A stretch of DNA of 64,000 nt from Tubiluchus corallicola (Eukaryota > Animalia > Priapulida): assembly GCA_030141605.1 (NCBI GenBank), contig JAQGDQ010000205.1, forward strand, positions 326,309 to 390,308, given 5' to 3'. Made by a program: the position numbers and the translations under genes. A model generated the notes under the pieces. The model was given only the letters and a program-made list of their open reading frames with translations, ran no database searches and was not told the origin of the DNA. Shown here piece after piece: positions 54,245 to 64,000 of the stretch; position 1 is the stretch's first letter; each line of letters begins with the position of its first letter.

Positions 54245-55030
54245 TATTTTATTTCAGATATTTACAGTTCATGGAACAAGAATAAAAATAAAGCACAAGT
54301 AAAAACACAGTTACTTTTCAAAAACGTAGTAAGCTTATATATAGAAGAAAAGATTAGTTAGAATGGGTATATGAAATTCTTTACCATGACTTAAAGATGT
54401 TTGATCTAAAAATGTATCAGTATTGTTGAGCAAGTTATTAATAACAGTATACTAATAACAGTAGCAAGAACAGCCTATTTCTGAGACTAAACACAGCCTT
54501 CCTACGCATGCGTGAAAAACTTGGTACATTGTAGCTAACATACATTTGGCTCGCATTACAGACTAGGAAAAGTCTTCTAATTGCACTATTATAGGTAATC
54601 TAGCTAGTATTCAAGGATTATCCTCTTAAATAAACCGGGAATCTAGCTAGTTCTCAAGGATAATCCTCTAAAATGAGACATTAGATATATTCACATTCGC
54701 ATGTGAATATGTCCTTTTTAACTGGAACTTTAACGTGGCAACTTTAACTGGAATAGTATGCCATGCATATCGTTACACGTTTGCAGATGCTAGAAGCATG
54801 AAGCCTTGATAGGCCTAATTTCTGAACACACTGCAATTTTCACTAAAACTTTGTGAAACTTTGCTACGCATTCACTACTAAACCAGAGACTATTCCAATA
54901 AAACTGAGCACAAATTCTACAAAAAGTCTTCTCTTAACATTAACAGAATAATAATAATCATTTTCAACAAAATCGGCGTAGAGGTCCAGCAATTAGCATG
55001 AGCGTGAGAGCTTTTGCACCGCTGGGAATA
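54245..55030 (-). mobile_element. Second remnant of the same LINE family, interrupted by an insertion
   Basis: Shares ttatttcaga...gaacaagaataaaaa, ctgagactaaa and catttggct..c..tacag with 50155-50640. Confidence 0.75.
54596..54836 (+). mobile_element. Dispersed repeat family C with internal ~43-bp dimer, copy 1
   Basis: Matches 58618-58876 (aatctagct...ataatcctctaaa, cacattcgcatgt, gcatgaagccttgataggcctaa). Confidence 0.75.
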
Positions 55031-55304
55031 GCGAACTATACGTATACGTAACAATAGTTAATAATTAATATAATAAATCTGCGTGTTACTACGATTACTC
55101 CATCTGCTTGATCGAAGTATCAAGAAGCAAAAACGAGATCTATGCACCTGCTAACACTGGTGGATTAGAGTTCGTTCGTACAGACAAACAGATGCTGTTT
55201 TAGTGATGATAGCGTATAATACACAAAAAAGATTCCAATTTTACCTGCATGTTCTTACCTATTATTACAATTGTAACGATGGAGGATGCAAAAATTTTAC
55301 CTAC

Positions 55305-55325
55305 CTGTGTCTTCAAATAATTCTT
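55305..55325 (-). CDS. Candidate 21-nt phase 1-1 microexon (xELFEDT) of GRL101
   Basis: gtctttcgcatctttctag|AAGAATTATTTGAAGACACAG|gtaggt; frame-preserving and phase-compatible with exon 52445-52558. No homology evidence. Confidence 0.35.
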
Positions 55326-55996
55326 CTAGAAAGATGCGAAAGACACAATTATTAAGTAATTGTAGTAATTTATAGTGCAGCGTCTCAATAGCGGGAATTT
55401 CCTTGTAACTTCTCACTTTCATTTCTTATGAATACACTCACTTCAGCGGAAAGCCTAATATTTCATCTAATTAAAGATTTTATAAATCACAGCGAATTAT
55501 TCAATTCGCTCATTATGAAGCCGACATTATCACATTAGCTCGCTTCATTCATAAACGGTTTTTCGTCATTTAACGGCTTGTGCGTATACGTCTCATTTTA
55601 TAACAATTGCTGTTCTCACAAATTAAATGAAATCTAGTCTAAGATTTAGCGAAAGTACTTGTTTGATTTAATTATTTAATTATTTAAGAGCGTGAATAGC
55701 ATTATTAGCAGTGCGTTCGTTTGCCCTATAAACGCGATGTTTTTTTTGTTGAAAATAAAATTTGTTTGTCTGGCTCTGTGACCTCTTATCGTCCAGTTGT
55801 CCCGTTCAGAAAAGCGTTATAAACTTGTCAGTTTCGTAGTAAACGCAGTTTTGAGGTTCCGGTTGGATTCGAACAAGTCTAGTTGAGAGCCCATCACAGT
55901 GAGCTAGTTTTCCTTTTGAACTTTCAAGCACAAACGCGATTATTCTTACATATAATCCTTATAAGTTATTCGCTTACTAAATCTAAAGTAAATTTA

Positions 55997-56991
55997 TGTA
56001 TTTATGGCAAGAAAAAATGTGCCAAAGTTTAGACTACAATAACATTCGAAACAATTACTCTTACAAAGTTGTAATTTCGCAGCTGACATTGCAACACATT
56101 AGCTTGTGGTTGTTAAAGCTACAAGTTTATAGGTTCATTAGCTTTCAAGTTACGGCCAAATTGCTTGTTAAAAATTTAAATGCCGGAACAAGGTCAGCTA
56201 ATTATCGACTGGGAAATACATTTATACCTATCAGTACATGACAGCAATGCAATAAAGAAATCAACCTATAGTCTAGACATTATGGTGTTTACCATAGAAA
56301 ATAAACCTATAGTCTAGACGTTATGGTCTTTACCATAGAAAATCAACCTATAGTCTAGACGTTATGGTCTTTACCATAGAAAATCAAACTATAGTCTAGA
56401 CATTATGGTCTTTACCATAGAAAATCAAACTATAGTCTAGACATTATGGTCTTTACGATCGAAAATCAACCTATAGTCTAGACGTTATGGTCTTTACCAT
56501 AGAAAATCAACCTATAGTCTAGACGCTATGGTCTTTACCATAGAAAATCAACCACTGATAAAGAAAAACATGGAAATTAATCCTATGAATTGCGGTATCT
56601 TGAATTCCTAGAGAGAGTTTACAACAGCTATACAGAGCCGGAACTAAAAGCAAAAATTGTTGACTACTGGATCAAATACCATTTAAAAAGTAAAAAGCTG
56701 TGTCGTTGTTGGAAGAAATGCCTTCAATTAGTTTGCATTGAAAATGGCGGACACATAAAGCACTTGCCTTAAATTTTAATAATAGTAACATGAAATTTTT
56801 ACGGGCATATATTTTTTTACTAGTTGTTTTAAGACTTCTGTATATCTTGAAGAACCCGATGTGATGACATAAATTTTTTGGAGTTTATAAATAAGCGTCA
56901 GTAATATCAGCATGGTTTTTTTTAAAGTGATATCATTATTTTTCTCTTATTGTGATCAAAACTTGGGCAATTTTTTTGCGCCACTTAATAT
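55997..56991 (+). mobile_element. Tc1/mariner-like deleted element (same family as 38692-39380)
   Basis: Left end ggcaagaaaaaatgtgccaaagtt, right end ttgggcaatttttttgcgccac; ORF 56590..56772 ends LQLVCIENGGHIKHLP*. Confidence 0.75.
56257..56553. repeat. 41-bp minisatellite, ~7 copies
   Basis: Unit agaaaatcaacctatagtctagacgttatggtctttaccat, head-to-tail with no spacers. Confidence 0.95.
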
Positions 56992-58617
56992 ATATTTATA
57001 CAAAACTGAATAACGTACCAAACCCAGCAAACTTCCTTAGAAAGATATTCTTAATAATCAATTAAGATTCGTTCAGAAAAATCTTTCTGAGTAGGACCAT
57101 GCCTAACCGCCTTTGAGTCCTTTCCAGCGAGCAAGGCGCCGAAATGTATAGAAATGAAAACCATTGATTTCTCAAAGTGTATAAAAGTTTGAGTAGCAGG
57201 TCAGTTGCAACAATTGAAAGCCACTCAGGTTTTTCACTCATACGGATATATAATATTACTGTCTTGAACGAAGATACTAATATAATATTACCGTCTTGAG
57301 CGAAAATTTCTGAGACTTGTTTTCTCGAAGTTCTTGAAATATTTTCCTCATAACAGTCATAATTAGCAATTTATGACTTTGCAATACATGGCAGTACTAT
57401 TGAAATAAATGGTGCATGGAGTAATTTATTTCCCATGTAACCTTCCAATACCCTCCATAGGCTCAATTGACACATTGCGCTGACAAAGCTATAATGATAT
57501 TGTATAAATAACATCAGGGATTTTGCCTGAACTATAGCATAAATGTATTTTCTCAATAACGCTGACTAGTGACTTGATGTACGCTAATGATCATTGGGTT
57601 TGTCTGCCACTGCCTCTGTAATTTATAGCTTGTATTAATAGCGTTTTCTGTATCTTCAAATGCACAAAACTTCGATGAACAAAGGCGTTACTGCTGACCA
57701 TCATTCTCTGACGTTGGGAATAATGTACTAAATTCTGTATTTTAGTCTGCAAACGATTTATTGATGTCTTAGTGGCAAATCAAAAATGCCTGTATTCATC
57801 TGTGCCGATGTGTCTGAGTTCTAGACTAGAGTTTGGAAACTCGTCATGTACAGCAGCCCTTTGTGCAAAGGAAGATCTCAGGAAGAGGGATACACCTAAG
57901 AGTTCATGCATTTTTATGGATGTATTATTTAATTTATTCATTTTTGAATAGTTGTTGACTGTTATTTTGATACATGTGGAAATTTCTAGTAAGTTTTAAA
58001 AATAACTATAATGGTAATTATTTACTGACATCAATTTAATTTAAACAGATTTTATAACCCATATAATGGCATCCGCCTTTCTTATTTGACGTGTAAAAAT
58101 AAATGTGTGCATTATGTAGACCATGTACCACCTTTGACATGGCAACTATAATGGGTGAAATGCATGAATGGGTAAATAAGTAAATAAGGCCACTTTTTAT
58201 GGAAAAAAACGCCGTACACAAAATAGTAATCTTTTCCCAAAGACAGAAATGGTGGCTATAGCTTGTCACTTAGCGAAAATCCGTGACAATAGAACATCAG
58301 GGTTAGAGTGGGACAACGTGCTCGATACAGATAAGCTTCTTGACAAGCAGCAGTTATTCTTGTATAGCTGAATCTCTCTGGAGTCTAGAGTGTTTGGTGT
58401 GTAGAAGAATAACCAGCCTGTACATTGTAAGTAAATATGGTAATGGCACGACCAATATTTGCGTTCAAGCCTTCTGCTGAGTTCATCATTCCATCATCGT
58501 CATTTAGACCTGATGTTAATACGCATGTCTACATGTGTGTGAGCCCACTTTTCTAATACCATCCACACTGATCGGCAAGTTTAGTGATGTAACTGATGTT
58601 GATGATGGTAGCGAGCC

Positions 58618-58876
58618 CGGAATCTAGCTCACTGTCAAAAATAATCCTCTAAAATAAACCTAGAATCTAGCCAGTTATCAAAGATAATCCTCTAAAGTGA
58701 GACGTTAGACTGACAGAGACCACTGAGTCACATTCGCATGTCAATACATCCTTTATGAGTGGCAACTTTAACTGGAATAGTATGCCGTGTATAACCCTAT
58801 ACTTTTGCAGATGCCAAAAGCATGAAGCCTTGATAGGCCTAAGAAGTGCAGGCCTAATTCCTGAACGCACTGCAAG
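58618..58876 (+). mobile_element. Dispersed repeat family C, copy 2
   Basis: Collinear with 54596-54836. Confidence 0.75.
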
Positions 58877-60563
58877 GTCCGTTTGACCAAAACTTTGGAA
58901 AAGCTACGTTCATAATAATATGACGCATAATTTTTCATGTGTAAAAGTCGTGGTAATTAACTGCTTAGACATATTACTATTAAATATTAATGATTATGGA
59001 TATTATATACATTTAACTCGAGAAGTAAATTCTAGTAGGTATACTGCATGTGTTAAATGACGAGTTGTCGAGAAATACGCTCCGGCATGACGTTTATTCG
59101 AGATGTCGGTATCTATCTTTGAAACCTGGATGCCTGATCAGCTTACGTAAACAGGTATTTTTACACAGGTAGTTGGTTGCTCTATAAATAGAACATCTTT
59201 AGGCCTATGTAGTTAGCCGTATAATGTTTCCCTTTGAGTTGGTATAGTGTCATTATCCCGCACTATACTATCTCCGGTTTATCCTTGTCTTGGATAATCC
59301 ACGCATAATTTATGAGATATAATCATAAACGTTGCATAATTCTTTTTATAACATATAGCATATCGTAAAATCGCATTTTTTATTTTCTACTCGTGTATTA
59401 ACTATCATTTACTAATCTATTAAAACATACTAGACTCTGTAAGATTGTAAACCCAGTAAAGTCAGATGACCAGACATCGTCATTGTAAATACCAGGAGAA
59501 GAGGTCATTAATAATTATGCGAATGTTTTAATCCTACGTTAATTTCACTAAGCGAATTGAATCATGAAAATGTGGAAATAAATTACTTAGAATCAGGAAA
59601 TTTAAGGAGTTTTAGTCTTTTCTTGGTCTTTACCTCTGCTATTTCATTGTCAAAAAAAAGTAAAATCAAAACAAAATCAGTCTCATAAAGACTGTAAAAC
59701 AAAACACTCCCTTTTGCTGTGGTGATAGACATAGTGATTTCAGGTGTGTAAGAAGAAATTATTCTGTTATTGAACAAATAGTTATTCTGTTGTAAAACTC
59801 TCGTGGTATCTGCTGATGAAATTTACGTTCCTCCCTTATTAGGCTTGTTTCATTTGCAGCGCATCAGCCTTCTGTGTTGATTAAGTGACATCTTGGTCAA
59901 GGACACTTTCAATTTGATGATGTAGGATGAGGGGTGCAGTGATGGTATCCAGGAAAGGAGCAGGGGTAGTTTGAATTGTTTATAAAACGCTTCATAATTA
60001 CATGTCTGATAGGGAGATTAGTTCTTTAATTGTTAAACGTCTTTGTTCTTTGTGATGCTGCGTAGTCATCATAGATTTATCTGTAGTAGTCATTCAGAAC
60101 ACTGATACAGATGCAATTTGCAGTATGACACCACATTGGCAACATACATGATGTGAATGTCACATCATTTGCAACATGTCACCTCACTTACCACATACTT
60201 AATATGAAGTCACACCACTTGCAACATAGCACCTCACTTACTACGTACATTATATTAATTTTAATATGACACCACATCGGATACATAAGATATTTATTGA
60301 TTTAGGGTTTCATTCTTCTTGTGATAGAGGGTTTAATACAATGTTTTTCAGATAACTTGCTGCACTGTTTAAAATTTAAAATAATTACAAATTTATAAGA
60401 TGTTTTAAAGCTAGTACACAAAACTTATAATCAGAAGACAACAAACGGAAAAAACACAATTTGCAATTGCAATATCAAAACAATTTAAAATTAGAATAAT
60501 AATTTAAAATGTATGTAAGTAAGACTAAAATTTTGATTTCTACACCTGATAATCTATCATCTA

Positions 60564-60565
<2 letters not shown>

Positions 60566-60628
<63 letters not shown>

Positions 60629-60648
60629 TCCCCTCTCTTTACCTCCCC

Positions 60649-60711
<63 letters not shown>
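60566..60711. repeat. (CT)n microsatellite abutting the LINE 5' end
   Basis: Direct reading. Confidence 0.97.
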
Positions 60712-60714
<3 letters not shown>

Positions 60715-61420
60715 TAGCATTGTGCAGTATGATCCAGCTAGAACAGTTATAATAGAAAATGTTAAAGACAAAAAACTTGTAGAGACCAGCGCATCAATTA
60801 AAACAAATCTGTGTAAATATTTCCCACGTGTAAGATTTGAAATAGCCTACAGAACTGCTCGAGGAAACATACAAATTCAGTCAAAAGATTCTGAAACTGC
60901 AGATGAAATAATAAGCTCATGGAACCCAACTTATATGGGTACCGACACGAAAGTCAGAAAACCAAATAAGTACTCTATCGGAGTGATCAAAGACTGTGAC
61001 CCGGAATTAACTGAAGACGAAATAAAGGCGGCAATTGAACAGAAGTTCCCAGTAATCGAAGTAGAGCGATTTAAACGGAAGAACGGAGCCAATATGCCAA
61101 TAGTTAAGGTGAAATTTAGTTCAGACGTTGAATTACAATGTGCAATACAGGAGGGAATTCCTATAAAACATCTTCTGTGCGAAGTAGAACAATATATCCG
61201 AAAACAAACAGCTTTACGCTGTTACAAGTGTCAGTCTTTTGGTCACGTTGCTAAGTGATGCAGAAATAAAGCCAACTGTGGTAAATGCGGAAATCTGCAT
61301 AAAACATCTGAATGCAACAGCAAAGAGATAAAGTGCTACAATTGCAAAAGTGAGCATGAAGCCAATTCCAAGAAATGCTCTACATATTTAGATCAGTTAA
61401 AAAGACTTAACCGTATCTAA
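60712..61420 (+). pseudogene. LINE ORF1 (gag-like, three CCHC zinc knuckles) with in-frame TGA
   Basis: ...LRCYKCQSFGHVAK*CRNKANCGKCGNLHKTSECNSKEIKCYNCKSEHEANSKKC...RI*; knuckle spacing of I/Jockey/R1-group ORF1. Confidence 0.88.
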
Positions 61421-62358
61421 TGGCTGCATCTTTTAGGTGTCTCAGTGTATGCCAAATTAATATCAATACTTTTTCTGTTCGTTCACAATATGCGTTAGAC
61501 AAATATGTAAATTCCTACTACTTTGATATTGTTACAGTACAGGAAGTGAAAGCTAAACAATACGATGATGTGACTCTAACTAATTATCAAAGTTATGTCA
61601 AAAATAAGGACCCAAATACTAATGGATGTGCAGTATTTGTAAAAAATGGATTGATTAGTTGCAGACTACACGAAATAGAAGATAACAACACAGATACAAT
61701 TTGGGTTTTAGTTAAAGGCAAAGGTTTGAAAATGATTGTAGCTTCTGTATATGTTCTGCCAAACAAAGTCGAGCACATGCAATCAATGCTAGCTTCTTTC
61801 AAAAAGGCCTGCCTATTTTCTGATCAACAAAGCCTAGACGGTGTTATGCTAACTGGAGATCTAAATAGTAGAAGTTTTATGTGGGATGTAAAAACTAACT
61901 CACATGGGCAACTTTTAAATGACTTTGTTTGGTCTAGTACATATCCAGTACTGCCTGTTGCACCTTTGGTTGAAACATTTAAATCAGCCCACGGCAAAAG
62001 CATCATTGATATTGTATTGCTAACAAACAATCTTGCGTCATTACCGGTGACACAAAGCGTTGACCACGAGGTTGAATTGTTTAGTGGAGCTCCGTTAATG
62101 GGCCACTTTCCAGTCATTACTAAGTTAGGTGCATCTAACTGGCATAACTGGTCAGGTTATTTAGAAAATAGTTTGCGCTCGAATTTTGCGCTCCTTAACG
62201 ATGCTATAATGCGAGAGGACCCTATTGAGCTGTGGCAGTTGTTTCAGAAATTAATAAAAAACAGCAATGAAGCTGTACTACCAAAGAAAGTTATATGTAA
62301 TCACTCAAAGCCGTTTTGGACTCAAAAGGACTCAGGTTGAGAAAAATCTATCTAAAGC
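61420..62358 (+). mobile_element. LINE ORF2 N-terminus: APE-like endonuclease, truncated
   Basis: Motifs QININ, VQEV, SVYV, GDLNSR, SIIDIV, GHFPV; frameshift after KPFWT. Confidence 0.9.
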
Positions 62359-64000
62359 CGGCCTCATATAGCTTAAACAGTAGACCATCCAACTAGATGC
62401 TGTCAAAAGCGCGCTGGAAATCACAGCAGATAGACAGACAGACATCATTTTGTAGTAAATGCTTTTGAATATTTGATATTAAGCGAATCAAATAGCGACC
62501 GGTATTGCGACCTGCCATGAAACCTTCCTGCACTTCGTCTATAAGATCATTTTCAAACATGTAAGTTCTCAATCGATTTGACAGTAAACGTTCAGCAAAT
62601 TTGCCAAAATAGGATGAGAGCGTCAGGGGTCGAAAGCTACCAGGATCCGTATAATTTGTTTTGCCTTCCTTTTTAATGAATATTACATTGGATTCACGCC
62701 AGACCCACTCGCTTTTACTTAAACAAAGATTACAAGTATAGAAAAACCGCCTTGGCCCAGAAGCCAAGGTGTTTAACCATCAGTGGATGAAAGCCATCGC
62801 AGTCGGTGCTTTTGCCCTGCGTGACTGTTTCTTTTATTGCAATGTTTAGTTCATCCATTGTAAAGTTACCGTTTATAGCAAGGGCACTATGGCTCTATAA
62901 TCATAGCGGGAAACTTCCCCCTCTACTTGCTGCTGCCAAACATAATCAAAATTTGCACCGTTTACGTGATCTCCACTTAAAAAATTTTTGTATAGTACCT
63001 CACAAATATCTTGATTTTCGCTATATATATTTCCTTCATATTTTAGCATGCCGATATCTGAATTTGCTCTACCAGTAAATATTTTCTTATATTCTCTCCA
63101 GAATGCATTACTTTTACGAACATTTAAGTTGACACACTTTTTATAAAGCCAGTTATCAGCAGCTGTGCGAAGTTCTTCATCAAAGTTATTCTTTTCTTCA
63201 AGATACCGGTTCCTATTGTGAATATTAGAATGCTTTAGATAGATTTTTCTCAACCTGAGTCCTTTTGAGTCCAAAACGGCTTTGAGTGATTACATATAAC
63301 TTTCTTTGGTAGTACAGCTTCATTGCTGTTTTTTATTAATTTCTGAAACAACTGCCACAGCTCAATAGGGTCCTCTCGCATTATAGCATCGTTAAGAAGC
63401 GCAAAATTCGAGCGCAAACTATTTTCTAAATAACCTGACCAGTTATGCCAGTTAGATGCACCTAACTTAGTAATGACTGGAAAGTGGCCCATTAACGAAG
63501 CTCCACTAAACAATTCAACCTCGTCGTCAACGCTTTGTGTCACCGGTAATGACGCAAGATTGTTTGTTAGCAATACAATATCAATAATGCTTTTGCCGTG
63601 GGCTGATTTAAATGTTTCAACCAACGGTGCAACAGGCAGTACTGGATATGTACTAGACCAAACAAAGTCATTTAAAAGTTGCCCATGTGAGTTAGTTTTT
63701 ACATCCCACATAAAACTTCTACTGTTTAGATCTCCAGTTAGCATAACACCGTCTAGGCTTTGTTGATCAGAAAATAGGCAGGCCTTTTTGAAAGAAGCTA
63801 GCATTGATTGCATGTGCTCGACTTTGTTTGGCAGAACATATACAGAAGCTACAATCATTTTCAAACCTTTGCCTTTAACTAAAACCCAAATTGTATCTGT
63901 GTTGTTATCTTCTAATTCGTGTAGTCTGCAACTAATCAATCCATTTTTTACGAATACTGCACATCCACTAGTATTTGGGTCCTTATTTTTGACATAACTT
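62359..64000 (-). mobile_element. Second LINE copy, inverted: endonuclease, linker and RT N-terminal half, frameshifted
   Basis: ORFs 63250..63939 (EN), 62873..63274 (linker) and 62393..62767 (SFRPLTLSS..GKFAER, QEGF, DFQRAFDSI). Confidence 0.92.

Noticed and set aside
56257-56553. CRISPR-like look of the 41-bp palindromic repeat
   Set aside because: Units are head-to-tail with no unique spacers, no cas genes are present, and the context is eukaryotic.
57360-58610. Coding-like composition upstream of GRL101, including DDDG-like words near 58480-58510
   Set aside because: The frames examined are interrupted by stops and show no LDLa cysteine pattern or signal peptide; possibly an old TE, not assignable by eye.
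61590-64000. Twin-priming 5' inversion or pure read-foldback artefact as explanation of the LINE inversion
   Set aside because: Twin priming gives non-overlapping segments, and a single-molecule foldback would give identical arms; here the arms overlap by >=769 bp and differ at several sites. Misassembly of two copies is still possible.

Overview
AT-rich, repeat-dense genomic DNA from an animal, probably a non-insect marine invertebrate (inferred from gene content). It carries two host genes, both on the minus strand. (1) A GRL101-type leucine-rich-repeat GPCR, reconstructed by hand as 23 in-frame GT-AG exons over 52558->12164 (3632 nt, about 1209 codons): 11 LDLa exons, an LRRNT exon, 7 LRR exons, hinge/TM1, TM2-6, TM7 and a long C-terminal tail. 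Its signal-peptide/5' exon was not found. (2) Coding exon 1 of a T-brain/Eomesodermin T-box gene (7775->7339); its remaining exons lie beyond the left edge. Introns and flanks hold non-autonomous DNA transposons (Kolobok-, hAT- and Tc1/mariner-like), tRNA- and 5S-derived SINE remnants, LINE remnants, a Penelope-like element with inverted pLTRs and minimal hammerhead motifs, and many micro- and minisatellites. The right end has a tail-to-tail inverted pair of I/Jockey-like LINE copies. The most unusual signals are a 34-bp minisatellite built from an exon end plus its splice donor, the Penelope hammerhead pair and the LINE foldback. All calls come from reading the sequence by eye; no database search was run.
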